Positions 1-11,155 of a stretch of 64,000 nucleotides of DNA are shown here, in pieces; positions within the stretch are counted from its first letter, which is position 1, and every line of letters begins with the position of its first letter. The translations under genes and the position numbers were made by a program. The notes beneath the pieces were generated by a model. The model was not told where the DNA came from. It saw only the letters and a program-made list of their open reading frames with translations, and did no database searches. Location: positions 2,170,001-2,234,000 of the forward strand of contig OX337232.1 in assembly GCA_946965045.2 (NCBI GenBank), in the 5' to 3' direction. Origin of the DNA: Epithemia pelagica. Its lineage: Eukaryota > Protista > Bacillariophyta.

Positions 1-1123
1 GGACATGAACAAGTGGAGTTGAGGAAGAGGCGGGACTTGAGATATCTTCAGGACCGACGGCAATCACGGACGCTTCTAGTTCCCCCGCGGCCGGAGGCGA
101 CTTGGCCGCTCCTCCTTCGGGTGTCGCAGTGCTGACTGCGGAATTGATGTATCGAGAAACACATACCGGAGTGGTTTTGGGTGTTTTCAAAACATTCATA
201 TCGGCCGGTAGTCGATCCGATTGCAACAAGGCCTGCACCAAAACCAGCTTCTTCCATGCCGCGACTACAAGGGCAGATGTAGCATCTGCAGGAATACTAA
301 GGCAAGTCCAGAAACAACGGACAGCCCATTCCCAATTCTTGCATTCAATATGCACCAACCCTCGTAAATAGTAGTATCTCAGCAAAACAATGACACCCAA
401 TCCTCGAGATGGCCGTGGCCACTCGTTCATCACAATTCGTTCTGCCTCTTTTGCCTCCCCTGCACACAATAAAATGTGCAGCAAATCCGCTTGAATAGGA
501 GTCAAGTGAGGACCAGGTCGTATGAGCGAATTGTTGCTTGTTTTGTTATTTGGTAACAGTTGTTCGAGGACTGGCAGTATTCCAGATTCTTTGATTCCCG
601 ATCTAGGTCGGCAGCTTCGTGCTGCATAGCACAAGGCCTGATATACACAAATTCCACAGGAACAGCGAAAAGAGCAAAGTCAGAGACATGGTTATCAGAC
701 TCGGGCAACTTCTACTAGGCTGTCACGCCCGAACTGAAACCTTCCACCGACACTACTACGAACCTCTGATATTTCGTTCACATTCTGAGCTTGTTGAGCA
801 TGTCCTCCAGCGGAATCCGAAACAGCACTGGAGGGTAAAACAAAGGGTTGAGGGCCGGTTCCCGCAGGAAAGGCCGACAGAGGAGCCCGGTTGTTGCTGT
901 TGGAAGTGTTTTGTGGTTGCACCTGGGTGTGCAAGGGCAAATGCTTGGCAGCTACCTGGAGATACAACAATGCAATCGTTGGATCTCCATTTTCTTTCAT
1001 GGCCGACGCCACATCACCCGAGAGATGCGGTAAGGCTTCCAAAGATGGTGCATGATTGAGAATCGTTTGAAGAAACGCCACTGGATTCGTGACAAAGTTG
1101 GATACCGCCACAGGAGCTGCCAT
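1..1123 (-). CDS. CSN3: COP9 signalosome subunit 3-like (PCI family); 3' end runs off the window; probably one intron near 638-720
   Basis: Manual translation of the frame missing from the ORF track reads HLTPIQADLLHILLCAG...LRYYYLRGLVHIECKNWEWAVRCFWTCLSIPADATSALVVAAWKKLVLVQALL. This matches CSN3 segments LTSIHADL and YYYYGG..A....P..S....YKK.ILV. ATG at 1123; candidate acceptor CAG at 638-640; donor not resolved. Confidence 0.7.
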
Positions 1124-1614
1124 TGTTGGTACGCTTCACTCGCCTGGCGACAAACGTGAAAGCAGGAATTCGTTCCACAATGTTGACCTGCTGGCAATAG
1201 AATGCAGCGCTTTCTCTTCCTATCAAGAAAGAGTGGCCACGAATATGATCTTTGCTTCAGACTTCCAAGAAACAGCAGAATCCACAAGAGGACATCGAAA
1301 ATTACACGCAGTCACGGTCTCTGTCACAGTACAGTCACGAATCACGTTTTGTTGGTCTTCTGAAGAGGTAGCTCGAGGCTACACATTTCTCTACTCCTGG
1401 TAGTTGGAGGAATCACCCTGGAGAGAGAAATGATCGATACTCCTAACTCCTAACATGGAAATCAGACGGAACAGAGTAGGACTACATCCAAGGCGAGGGC
1501 ATGAACCCATGGCATTAGTGGGAAAGTTTGATGAAAGCTGCGAAACGCGCACGCAACGTCGTTTCTCAACACATGGTTTCTACAGTCAGTATAGATGGAT
1601 TTGCAATGTGCTTT

Positions 1615-2589
1615 TCATGCAACCCCTGTCAAGGCCTGTTCCAACAAATACGAGTTGACGCACCACTCTTGATCCGGTCTCTTGCTATTCTTGGATCGTA
1701 TCGCTGGGCCAGAGGTGGACACGCTGAGTGTGCGACTCTTGTTCCAATTTAAGGACAGCAAACATTGAACACAAAGCGCTGCCACATCCTCCTCATAACA
1801 TCGCCCGTCATACGAAGAAAAAGAAGAGGGCGAAGAGTCTGAAGATGGATTTGCTGCAGAAGTGACGGCAAGATCGCCTTGAATACCATTTTGGTAGGTA
1901 TAGCTCGGAAATGAGACAAGTTCACCAGCTGGTTGTATACTTGTAAAAGGTACACCCGTTTGCTCCAATAGGTCCAAGTAGCTTGTACCCTCTCCAGATT
2001 CGTCGACAAACACAATGTGTTTGATTTTAGCCGATTTTGCTGCTTCCATCACATTGCTCAGAATGTTGTCGACAACTTGACTGTCATCGTCCTGGCGTAA
2101 CAGAGTCACCGGTGCCTTCCAATAAATCTCATTGCATTTGTCATTGGGCGTCTTCTCATACGTCCCCGAAGTCACCTTTCTGGATTGAACCGCCATGTCA
2201 CTTCCAAGAATGAGGGCGTCGCATCCACTGAGGCGTGCCTTGATCGCATCGACCGACGTTAGATCTGTTAGCTTGACATTGGCCTCGTTGGCAAAGGCCA
2301 AACAAAAGTGCTTCGATAGATACGAGTTCAGCCGAGCAGCAGTGTCTGAACAGGCTCCCATGGCACGATAATCTCCCAAGCCTGTTCCATACAAGCTACA
2401 AGCCCGCTGTACAAAGCCAAAGGCCAATGCTCCCATGGATCCACCAGCTCCAAGAACCACAACCTTCTTTTTATCCAGTGGTCGCGCAGCAGATCCCAAT
2501 GGCGCCAGACTCCATACGGTCAGAGGCCATGAACTACACAAAAGACCCAACAGTAGAGATTTCATCCTGTGTTGCTTTCGAACCATCAT
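1615..2589 (-). CDS. NAD(P)-binding Rossmann-fold protein with N-terminal signal peptide (possibly plastid-targeted, atypical SDR-like)
   Basis: 324-aa ORF with hydrophobic N-terminus (MKSLLLGLLCSSWPLTVWS), VVVLGAGGSMG dinucleotide-binding motif, and IKHIVFV and GVPFTSIQP segments typical of atypical SDRs. Confidence 0.7.
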   Translation of the reverse strand: MMVRKQHRMKSLLLGLLCSSWPLTVWSLAPLGSAARPLDKKKVVVLGAGGSMGALAFGFVQRACSLYGTGLGDYRAMGACSDTAARLNSYLSKHFCLAFANEANVKLTDLTSVDAIKARLSGCDALILGSDMAVQSRKVTSGTYEKTPNDKCNEIYWKAPVTLLRQDDDSQVVDNILSNVMEAAKSAKIKHIVFVDESGEGTSYLDLLEQTGVPFTSIQPAGELVSFPSYTYQNGIQGDLAVTSAANPSSDSSPSSFSSYDGRCYEEDVAALCVQCLLSLNWNKSRTLSVSTSGPAIRSKNSKRPDQEWCVNSYLLEQALTGVA

Positions 2590-2793
2590 GGTGACACCAC
2601 GACGACGGGGTTGCAGAATTCAACAGGATTGAAGATACAATACGGGAATATCTTAATGAATATCGGAAGGAAGATTTGATCTTGGTCTTGTTCGTCGCGC
2701 GGGTCGGTCTTTTAGATTTGGGGGTTTGATATCTCATTGGGCTTTCTTCGTTTGTCATAACTTTTTCCCGGTGGCGTACTTTACGGAACGACC

Positions 2794-4152
2794 ATGCCAA
2801 ACAACCACAAAACGGCCAGAAAAGGAAAGAATAAGCCATCCTTTGTCTGCTTTACCCGATTTTTTGCGTTGACAGGATTGGTGTTTGTATATCTTCCATT
2901 CCACCGAATAAACGAGATTTATCCAGCAGCAGGTTCGAACGAGCAATCGGGAGTGTTGGTACCCGAAATCCTCCCCTGGTTCTTGTCCTCCTCCAACAAC
3001 CAAGAGGAAACAATTTCGTCGTGGAGCAGTGGGAATGATGGTGTCACAATAGCCTATGCTGTCAGTATCACAGATTGTCCTCGACCTCGAAGTGCTCACA
3101 GTGTGGTGGACGGAGCCGCCGTGTTGGCCCATTCCATTCATTGGAACAGTCGGCGTGAATCCAACTCCCGATACGATTATCATCTCTATGCCTTTGTACA
3201 CCCCGATGCCGCGAATTGTACGCAGCATTTACCCAAACTCAACTATACCATCAAAGTGGTGGAAACCCCCATCAACATATCACTGATCCAGAACGAAAAG
3301 TACCGTGCTCGGCTTCAAAGTCCCACAGCTGGCTGTTGCAAGGAGAAGGAGTTTCTCAAACTCTACTCCTTGACACTCGACGAATATCCGATTGTCGTTC
3401 ATTTTGACTTGGATACCATGTTGCTAAAGCCACTGGATGATTTGTATGATCTCATGCTGCAGCCTGACACGGCACCCAAAACGGTAGGGTCCTATGCCAT
3501 GTGGCCAAACGACTGGGTGGTTTCGCGGAGAATTGAATCCTTTTTTACACGCGACTACCCAATGGGCAATCCAAATTGGAAGATTGAGCACTATGGTGTT
3601 CAAGGAGGCTTTTGGATTGTGCGTCCCAATCGCAACACCTTCCAAGAACTTTGCTCTTTGGTACTGGAAGGGAACTTCAGCGGTGGCTGGTACGATAGTG
3701 ATACCAAATACCCTGGTTTTTATGGTGCTGCAATGATTCAAGGCTTGCTTGGTTTTTATTACGGCCATTTGCATCCAGATGCAGCGGTTGAGTTAAATCG
3801 GTGTCAGTTCAACAATATGGCGGATAACCCACTGAGCAGATCCACTGGAACATGTTCCGTACCTTTGGTGGGCAACAACTCTGAGTGCGAAGACTGTCGT
3901 GCGACAGAACATTCACTTGTTCATTCTTTGCATACGACGTTTTGCCGAAAGCCATGGTCGTGTCCCATTCACTCGAGCGACATTGGTGGGGGGATGTGTC
4001 ATTACTTTCTGTCTTCTTGGTATCGAACACGACACCATCTCGAATCCGTTGCATGGGGCGTGCAAGACGCTTCTGGACCCAAAGACTCTTATGGATATCA
4101 GTACTGTTCAAGACGGCAATATCATGCCCTGAACTTGAGCCATGTTTCCTGA
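2794..4152 (+). CDS. GT-A fold glycosyltransferase, family 8-like (glycogenin-like), type II membrane protein
   Basis: 452-aa ORF with N-terminal TM (FFALTGLVFVYLPF), KEFLKLYSLTLDEYPIVVHFDLDTMLLKPLDDL containing the DxD motif, GVQGGFWIVRP, and late HTTFCRKPW (GT8 HxxxxxKPW-like). Confidence 0.72.
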   Translation: MPNNHKTARKGKNKPSFVCFTRFFALTGLVFVYLPFHRINEIYPAAGSNEQSGVLVPEILPWFLSSSNNQEETISSWSSGNDGVTIAYAVSITDCPRPRSAHSVVDGAAVLAHSIHWNSRRESNSRYDYHLYAFVHPDAANCTQHLPKLNYTIKVVETPINISLIQNEKYRARLQSPTAGCCKEKEFLKLYSLTLDEYPIVVHFDLDTMLLKPLDDLYDLMLQPDTAPKTVGSYAMWPNDWVVSRRIESFFTRDYPMGNPNWKIEHYGVQGGFWIVRPNRNTFQELCSLVLEGNFSGGWYDSDTKYPGFYGAAMIQGLLGFYYGHLHPDAAVELNRCQFNNMADNPLSRSTGTCSVPLVGNNSECEDCRATEHSLVHSLHTTFCRKPWSCPIHSSDIGGGMCHYFLSSWYRTRHHLESVAWGVQDASGPKDSYGYQYCSRRQYHALNLSHVS

Positions 4153-4940
4153 ATTCATTCCACGCAGAGGAGCCATTGTCCCGAGCTATGGTTTATCGCA
4201 ATGAGCATTTTAGGCATGTTTGCCTGTAGCGGCTCGTGTTTCCGTGTCGGCGTCTTTTTCGTCGAACCATATGTGGTGGTTTTGAATGACTTGAGTTTGG
4301 CTTTGTCGTCGAGCTCCCTGGAACAGAGAAAAAATCAGCTTGTCCGCGTATGGGATACATGATACATGTTTTCTATCTTCTTTTCCAAAAATGTTTTTGT
4401 GTCAAGGTCGGCGTTCAAAGGTGCCTTGCTCATCCTGAGCTTGACATCGAGCAAACCAGCGATGTAGGAAAAGCTCCTCCTGCGTGGAGTATCGTCAGTG
4501 ATGGTATTAGTCAAACCGGGATGTGGTTTTGGAATGCACCATCCCTCTCCTCCTATTCATCGTTTAAAGAATGCGATGGTATCAGTCGAAGTTGGAAAGA
4601 CAATGCCTGATCGGCACCACTACAAGAGACTATCGAATAGGATTTGGTAGTCTTTTGGATTTAGACAGTTTCTTAATATTACGATTGCTATGCGACCTGT
4701 CTTTCTCGGCATACTGTTATGTTCCACACAACACATTGACACCAACAAATCAATGCTTGGACAAATTTCAAATCTTAAGCTTCTTCCTTCACACTTTGGG
4801 AGAGCTTGCCGGCTCATCTGCCATGTCAAATCAACAATGACAGTCATTCAAATCCGAGCTCATAACACAATCCTTTCCGGATACGAGCTCCGTTTCATCG
4901 CACGCAACCACTTCTCACTGCACAACACGGACACGGAGCC

Positions 4941-6892
4941 TTAGTTCTTGCGAACAATCTGGCCCGTGAAGTTGTTCTGCATCATAGGCGGAACAATGGC
5001 AGTCAAAGGTCGAGTCTGCTCGCGAATGGTCGAGCGAATCTTGTCGCGACGACGACGAATCGAATTGGCCGAGCGCAAGCCTCTCTTCTTCTCCTTGCCC
5101 TTGTTGGTCGACAACAATTGGCGGCTGGGGGGACCATCGGGACCAGGTCCAGCCGTGTACATGAAAAGGGCATAATCTCCTGTAGCAAAAGGCGAGAGGG
5201 AAGACCACGGAAGGGGCTCGACTGTCACGCGGTAAATACCCGTCGCAGGAAGGGGGAAATCCAAAATCCACGAATCCCAGCTTTCAATTTCATCGTCATT
5301 CGAAACCAACAAAGTCGACGAAGTTTCTTCACCATCACAATCGTATTCCACCAAGTGAACATGCACCATCGGATCAATAAAATTGAAGAACTTGTAGTCC
5401 ACCAATGAAACGACTTCAATAGTGAGGTAGGTTCCCTCCTTCATGTTGAATTCATAGCTGTCTTGTTCACCATGTTCATCAATTGATCCATATACAGCCA
5501 ACGCACTCATACGATGAATATCGGGAGTTTCATTGTCATCAGGTTCATCCTCTTCATCGAGAGAAGTAGCATCACCCAATGTATTCGGGACACGGGTGCG
5601 GGGAAGGTTCTTGGCCCCATTGCGTTCATTAAAGCGCTTCAAAAAGCTCTCCGACACAAGCACATCCAGAGGACGGCGACTGGAACGTTCTTGTTGCACC
5701 AAATGAATGAGCTGTTCCTTGAACAAGACGCTCAAATGAAGTTTCATGGCAGATCGTTCCGAAAAGTACGCGTCAAAAGAATAAAACTGGGCCAAAGCTT
5801 GATCGGCCAATTCACTGCCAAAGCCAGCGTACCACGTAAAGGCTGGAGAATTCATCAAACTATTCAGAAACTCAAGGCTGCTGGTTTCCTCGTCGCCCAC
5901 AATTACACCACCAATCGGAGTGAAGCTATCGTGATGACGTAAGCCAAGCACATGGCCCAATTCATGCGCTCCAATATTACTGGCACCATTGATGATCAAC
6001 TCTGTCACATAGTTTTGGATGTTCTGCCCTTCAGGACGAGGAACACCAAAAAATTCCTCCAAAAGCACCGCTGAAGGATCCATTCTCCAAACAAACTCGA
6101 TAAAATCCACAGCATCCAAAACGGCCATTTCTTGTGGGTTCATATTGAGGAAATCAATGTTTTCTGCCACACCGCCAAGAAAGGGAGCCCAAAAGTCAAC
6201 CACATTCACGAGCGAGTCTTCTGTAGGAGTGTCGTCGGCGGAACAAGTCTCGGCCAAAACTTGGAAATAGGTCACTCCAAAATTGTAAAAGTCAGGCTCA
6301 AAATAAAAGCGGAGAGTGGTAAAGGGAGTACCAAACGGATTGGTACTCGGCAACTCGGTGGTAAATTCAAAGGCATCTCCAAACGGTTCAAAGTCGGCCT
6401 TGATACGTTCCACAATACGACGGCGTTGATACTGAGAAATGGTGCGACGGGGAAGACGCAAGGTGTAGCAGTAGTCTTCACTTTCGATGTCTTCCACTTC
6501 GTAGTACGGAATGATGGGGTCAAACTGCAAGTACACCAACTGAGTGGGAACTTTCATTAACTCATCGCTGCTGTCCTCTCCTCCCCAAAAGCCACCGGTT
6601 GCGGGTTCAAATTCGTGGTGCCCGTAAGTGTGGCATGACCTTGAGGAAACTGACGGCGTTGGGCCACGGTCTTATTGACAAAGGCTTCCGGGCTTTCGGC
6701 ACGGAGTAACTGTAAAAACAAGACCGTGTCAGGATCCATGTTACGGGTCACAAATCGTTGCTCTTGAGCAGAAAGGGCTGTAAAGTTGAGACCTGCCACA
6801 CGTTTGCCGTTCCATGAAACAGAGGCAAGAAGACAAGCAAGCCACAACCAGGCATTTCCAAAACGACGAGACATGCCGAGAGACAGCAACAT
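4941..6892 (-). CDS. Secreted metzincin zinc metalloprotease (matrixin/M10-like) with C-terminal PPC-like domain; join between signal-peptide segment and catalytic ORF unresolved
   Basis: ORF 4941-6557 has AHELGHVLGLRHH (HExxHxxGxxH), Met-turn LMNSP, and PPC-like GSIDEHGEQDSYEF...SNDDE...LPATGIYRVTVE. Upstream ORF 6557-7072 holds a signal-like MLLSLGM...WLWLACLLASVSW (ATG 6892) in a different frame. Confidence 0.75.
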
Positions 6893-7249
6893 GTTGGACG
6901 ATCTTCGTTCGAACAGATGACTGAAGAGAAGGACAAGAAAGCTTTCCAAACCAATTGCTTGCCAAAACTTGGGCTGAATGATTTGTGAGAAGAAAGGAAA
7001 TTCGAGCCAGAGACGGCACCCTCTTCTTCTATCTTTTTGAGAATGAGGCATACGGACTGAAATAGGAATCAACTGAAAGGAACGGAAGGAATTGATCGAA
7101 TCTTGTATTTACACACGCCGCGTAGAGCATCTTTGGTTGCGATTGAGGTGCACTCGGTCCATTTTTGTTTCTTTACGGAATCGTGTGACAGTACGTTCAA
7201 TCTCCTCCATCGCATGTCAAAGGAACGCAACGACAGCAACGAAAGGATT

Positions 7250-7311
7250 TCCATTTCCGAAGGTTTTCCTGCTCGATTGTTCCATTTCCGAAGGTTGTCC
7301 TACTCGATTGA
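7250..7311. repeat. 31-bp tandem duplication (2 copies)
   Basis: tccatttccgaaggttttcctgctcgattgt followed by tccatttccgaaggttgtcctactcgattga. Confidence 0.9.
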
Positions 7312-7874
7312 GGTCTCGGTGCGTGGTAGCTTTCGGTCCGAATTCGCGTGGAGATTCTTTGATGTGTTCGGATTGCTCTTGGAACGAAGCGTACGGCAAG
7401 GATTGCATCGTGGAACGGAACCACACGAACAACAGCAACGAAAGAAAACCGAAAACTGCGCTGGGAGACTGACTTCGTGTGACATGGCTTCGTCTTTCGT
7501 TGGTCTCGATGGAATTTCGTTTGCAAATCGTTCCAATGCGAATCGTGGGCGTGGTGATTAATGGGAAAACAGTCAATCCATGTCGGATCCCGTGCCGAAA
7601 CACCAAGAACGAAATGATATCGTCGCGTGCGGGTTGACAGCTTTTATAAAGTGACCTGTACGGATCGAGATGAGTGATACTGGGTACCTCGGTTCAACAA
7701 GTACTGATGCAGAGAAATAACCCTATTCCTCCGAAAGGTTCCTCGGGAGGTCTACACGTTCATTGGAGATCTCAACTCGTTGCTACGGGAGGAATACATG
7801 GTAGCATAAGACCAGAGCAGTTGTCCATGGTTCCATCTTCCATCGCTTCGATGCGAAAATCAATAAAAAGTTGT

Positions 7875-9749
7875 TTACAGCAAAGGATCGAACCGACAAA
7901 AAGCTGCAACGACTGGCCTTGTATCACCTGTATCTTTCGCGTCCAATAGAGCATCACGCACACCAATAAGATAGCTATGCCATCTCTTGAAGGAGCCGCT
8001 CTTTCTCCCCTGCAAACCCGTGTAGCGCTGTCGGTCTCGGAGCATTTCTTGGACTCTGGAATTGTGCTTTACCCAAGCCGCGCCGTTTTCGGCGCAAGCA
8101 ATGGCAACATAATATAGAGATTCCAAGTCTCCGAGCAATGATGCCGTGCGTTTCCTGTCCGGCTCCGTGTACGGACAAAAGAGAAGTTTTCCTGTTGTCC
8201 GAGTGATCTCGCTGCCAGGGTCAGTGCCGCACTCCCAATCGGCAATAATGCCTTTTCCCTCGTGTATCAAGAGCTTATCTGGAGATATGTCATTGTTGCA
8301 AAGTCCAGTTCGCTCTGCCTCGCGCAACGTAACTGCATACTGTCCAAAGAGCTCAATGGAAGCATTGCTCGGGGTCAACGCGAGGCAGTAGGGAGAAAGT
8401 ACAAGGGCAAAGCCAGCTCTCCCCTCACCTTCCCATGACAGGGTCAACTCGTTCACCTCATCAGTATGCACCGAAATCGCACCTGGCACGTTCTCTAACA
8501 TCGCAACCTTTTGGTGTTCCGACTCGGCAGATGAGCGATCAAGGTACACCTTAATTACCGCGTCCTGGTCATGGTCGGCCGGTTGAGCCACGAAAACTGC
8601 CTTTTGAGATTGGCGAAAACAGATTGGGTACGCAGCCTTGAACCCCAGAATACCCAAGGAACGCTTATCAATAGACACCGGACATGGCAAAAACCCGAAC
8701 AATGATGGGTTATCAAGCATGGCTCCAAGTGCGCGAAAGCCTCCCTGCACCAAGACTTTTCCCTGCTCCGTCGTTGCGTCCAGGCACGGGAATTTCTCGG
8801 AAAGTCGGGGGATCTCGTAGCCCACGTCACGGCTTGGGCCAGACCACTCAACCTCCAGAAAGGCGATATGAGATATGCAGTAGAAGGGGACTACCACTTT
8901 TCTGCGCCATGGCTGTGCTTGTAGAATGGCTTTCGCCCTGCGCATACATTGTCCGACAGCACCGTCCCAATTGGGCTGGGAAAAATCAGTCTTACCTTCC
9001 ATTACGGTTACAACCGACGCCCATTCCTCATACGGTGAGTCCAGAACCACGAGATCAACACGTTGCTCTCTTCCGACACTGTCAATTAAGTTTGAACGTT
9101 GTCCAGTGAATCTGATGAAGAAGGACGGCTTGCAAACTGAACTCAGCACACGTTGGAATGGTTCGTTGACATGAAGATCTTCGGTCTGAGATGTACTTCT
9201 AGGATCAACGTCCAATAACGATGCATCAATTGAACCTCCCAAGTCAAATGACAGCTGAAGATCCTCCGTTTTGAACGAATGGCCTTCCAACGAATTATCT
9301 TCTTGGATTCTTTTCCCAATCTCAGATTCATTTTGGGTGGTGTATCGATGCCGATATTGCGAGTCCGCGAAACGAGTAAACAATGCATTTACGGCTTCAT
9401 TGGGAGAAGCGACTTCAGAATCAGAAAGACCTAGTTGTTCCATTACCCTCTTCGTGGGGGTGCGCCAGTGAATCTCGTTCGCAGGGGACGGACGCGTAGA
9501 GACAGCGTTCGTTCCACGGAAGAAGTATGCGACACCCTTATACTGGATCGAAAAATTCTCTTTGATAGTTAGAAAGGCAGCATTTGCGATCGCATCTCCT
9601 TCCGTGTCGAACAACACCAAGCCGTCAGGGAGCGGCTGCTGGGAAGTTTCAAAGTCCCTATTCAGTTCGACCACACCAGCTGCCGTTTTCAGCTTGAGGG
9701 TAACACGATCGGAGGTCACCCATGTCAGCTTGGCAGTGCCAGTCGTCAT
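7875..9749 (-). CDS. Crinkler-like protein: N-terminal header, PD-(D/E)xK restriction-endonuclease domain and divergent (FunK1-like) protein kinase domain
   Basis: Intronless 624-aa ORF. REase motifs: RVDLVV...VMEGK...AVGQC...QAQPWRRKV. Kinase motifs: AVIKVY, AESEH, NNDISPDKLLI (catalytic loop), IIADWE (DFG position), TGKLLF, DLESLYYV. Confidence 0.72.
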   Translation of the reverse strand: MTTGTAKLTWVTSDRVTLKLKTAAGVVELNRDFETSQQPLPDGLVLFDTEGDAIANAAFLTIKENFSIQYKGVAYFFRGTNAVSTRPSPANEIHWRTPTKRVMEQLGLSDSEVASPNEAVNALFTRFADSQYRHRYTTQNESEIGKRIQEDNSLEGHSFKTEDLQLSFDLGGSIDASLLDVDPRSTSQTEDLHVNEPFQRVLSSVCKPSFFIRFTGQRSNLIDSVGREQRVDLVVLDSPYEEWASVVTVMEGKTDFSQPNWDGAVGQCMRRAKAILQAQPWRRKVVVPFYCISHIAFLEVEWSGPSRDVGYEIPRLSEKFPCLDATTEQGKVLVQGGFRALGAMLDNPSLFGFLPCPVSIDKRSLGILGFKAAYPICFRQSQKAVFVAQPADHDQDAVIKVYLDRSSAESEHQKVAMLENVPGAISVHTDEVNELTLSWEGEGRAGFALVLSPYCLALTPSNASIELFGQYAVTLREAERTGLCNNDISPDKLLIHEGKGIIADWECGTDPGSEITRTTGKLLFCPYTEPDRKRTASLLGDLESLYYVAIACAENGAAWVKHNSRVQEMLRDRQRYTGLQGRKSGSFKRWHSYLIGVRDALLDAKDTGDTRPVVAAFCRFDPLL

Positions 9750-10232
9750 CTTGAAAAAGAAGTAAAAGAATGAAAGGAAAGGAAATCAAAAAAGAAATGC
9801 CACATCTCCGCCATTGTGCCGATTGCGTTTTAGAAAGGCGCGCCAATATGAATCATGGAATGAGTACTTCGCTGTATAGAAAATGTACCCTAGTGGTACC
9901 CCCAGCGGGGGTGAGTGAGTCCCGCAGGCCTCAGTCGGAAAAAAGTTGCGTCTCAGTAAGGGAATGCACCTAATAGTGCGACTGATCGGATAGGCTCTGC
10001 TTGGGGGTAACCTTAGTGGGTAACTTTCCCAATGCCCCCGAATCCCGAATCCCCTTCCCACTTTTCCGACAGAAACCCCCCAAATAGCGAGAAAATGCTA
10101 CGTCAAACGAAAACGGACCCCCAAAACCTAAAACCCTGCCAAGAAACAAAATGTGATCATCACAATGTTCTTTGTTGAGCGAGAATCGAGATCGAGACCA
10201 CATCCTACTGTCACAAAACATTATAGCCTCAG

Positions 10233-10940
10233 ATGTGTGATTGCTGGCCTCTGTTTCGCAAAGGAATCAAGGACGTCACGTGGGGCTGGGGCATTCTCTT
10301 TGTCCTGACCCTCGTGGGTTGGGTGTTGGTCTTGATGGTGGAACGATCGTGCGAGTACGTTCGTATTGAGACGTCAGACGACGACAAGGATGATTCTTCG
10401 TCGTTTGGTCGAGGATTGTCTCGAGGACGGTTGGAACCCAAGGATGAATGTCAAGGATGGGCCCAATACAATGACTTGCAACTGGATAGTCAGGCCATCA
10501 TGGCGCTGGTCGCAGGGACCACCTCGGTGCTTCTGGGAGCCTTTGTGTGGGGGTATTTGTGGATTACCGTGTGTTGTCAACCCTTTCCCTGGTTCTTTCA
10601 ATGGATTATTGTCACAACTTGTGTGGTAGTGGCAGGCTTGCAAGCATTGACGCATACCATGACCAAATCCAACCTGTGTCGAGACATGTCAGTCGTCATT
10701 GTGGATGAGGGGGATGGGACACAACGTGTGTTTGATACCTGCTCCAAAGAAACGACGGCGTACAATTTAACCTTTGCTACCATGGCCCTCTACATGGCGG
10801 CCGCAGTGCTGTTTGCCCTTGTGCGGTTGCACAAAACCAAGGCAGATTATGAAGACGACGACAATAATGACAACCACAACCACAAGAAGGACCCTGACAT
10901 GGAGAATCCTACTGCCTCATTGGAGGATATCAAAGCATGA
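10233..10940 (+). CDS. Four-transmembrane claudin/amastin-like membrane protein
   Basis: 235 aa with four hydrophobic helices, a Cys-containing first loop with FGRGL motif, and a Cys pair in the second loop. Confidence 0.6.
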   Translation: MCDCWPLFRKGIKDVTWGWGILFVLTLVGWVLVLMVERSCEYVRIETSDDDKDDSSSFGRGLSRGRLEPKDECQGWAQYNDLQLDSQAIMALVAGTTSVLLGAFVWGYLWITVCCQPFPWFFQWIIVTTCVVVAGLQALTHTMTKSNLCRDMSVVIVDEGDGTQRVFDTCSKETTAYNLTFATMALYMAAAVLFALVRLHKTKADYEDDDNNDNHNHKKDPDMENPTASLEDIKA

Positions 10941-11155
10941 AGCTGTGTTTGAAATAGACGAAACCTGGGTAGGTCGAACGCGAAGATTGTCAAGGATTAT
11001 GATATAGATGAATGGGTTGGTATGAATTACGTTCTTTATGTCATTTTAATCAACACACGGACACACACACACACAAGTTTTCAAAAGGAAGGGGAGACGG
11101 CGCAAAGCTTGCAGAAATCTTTTTCACAAGGCATTTCCGCTTATCAATAAGTGGG

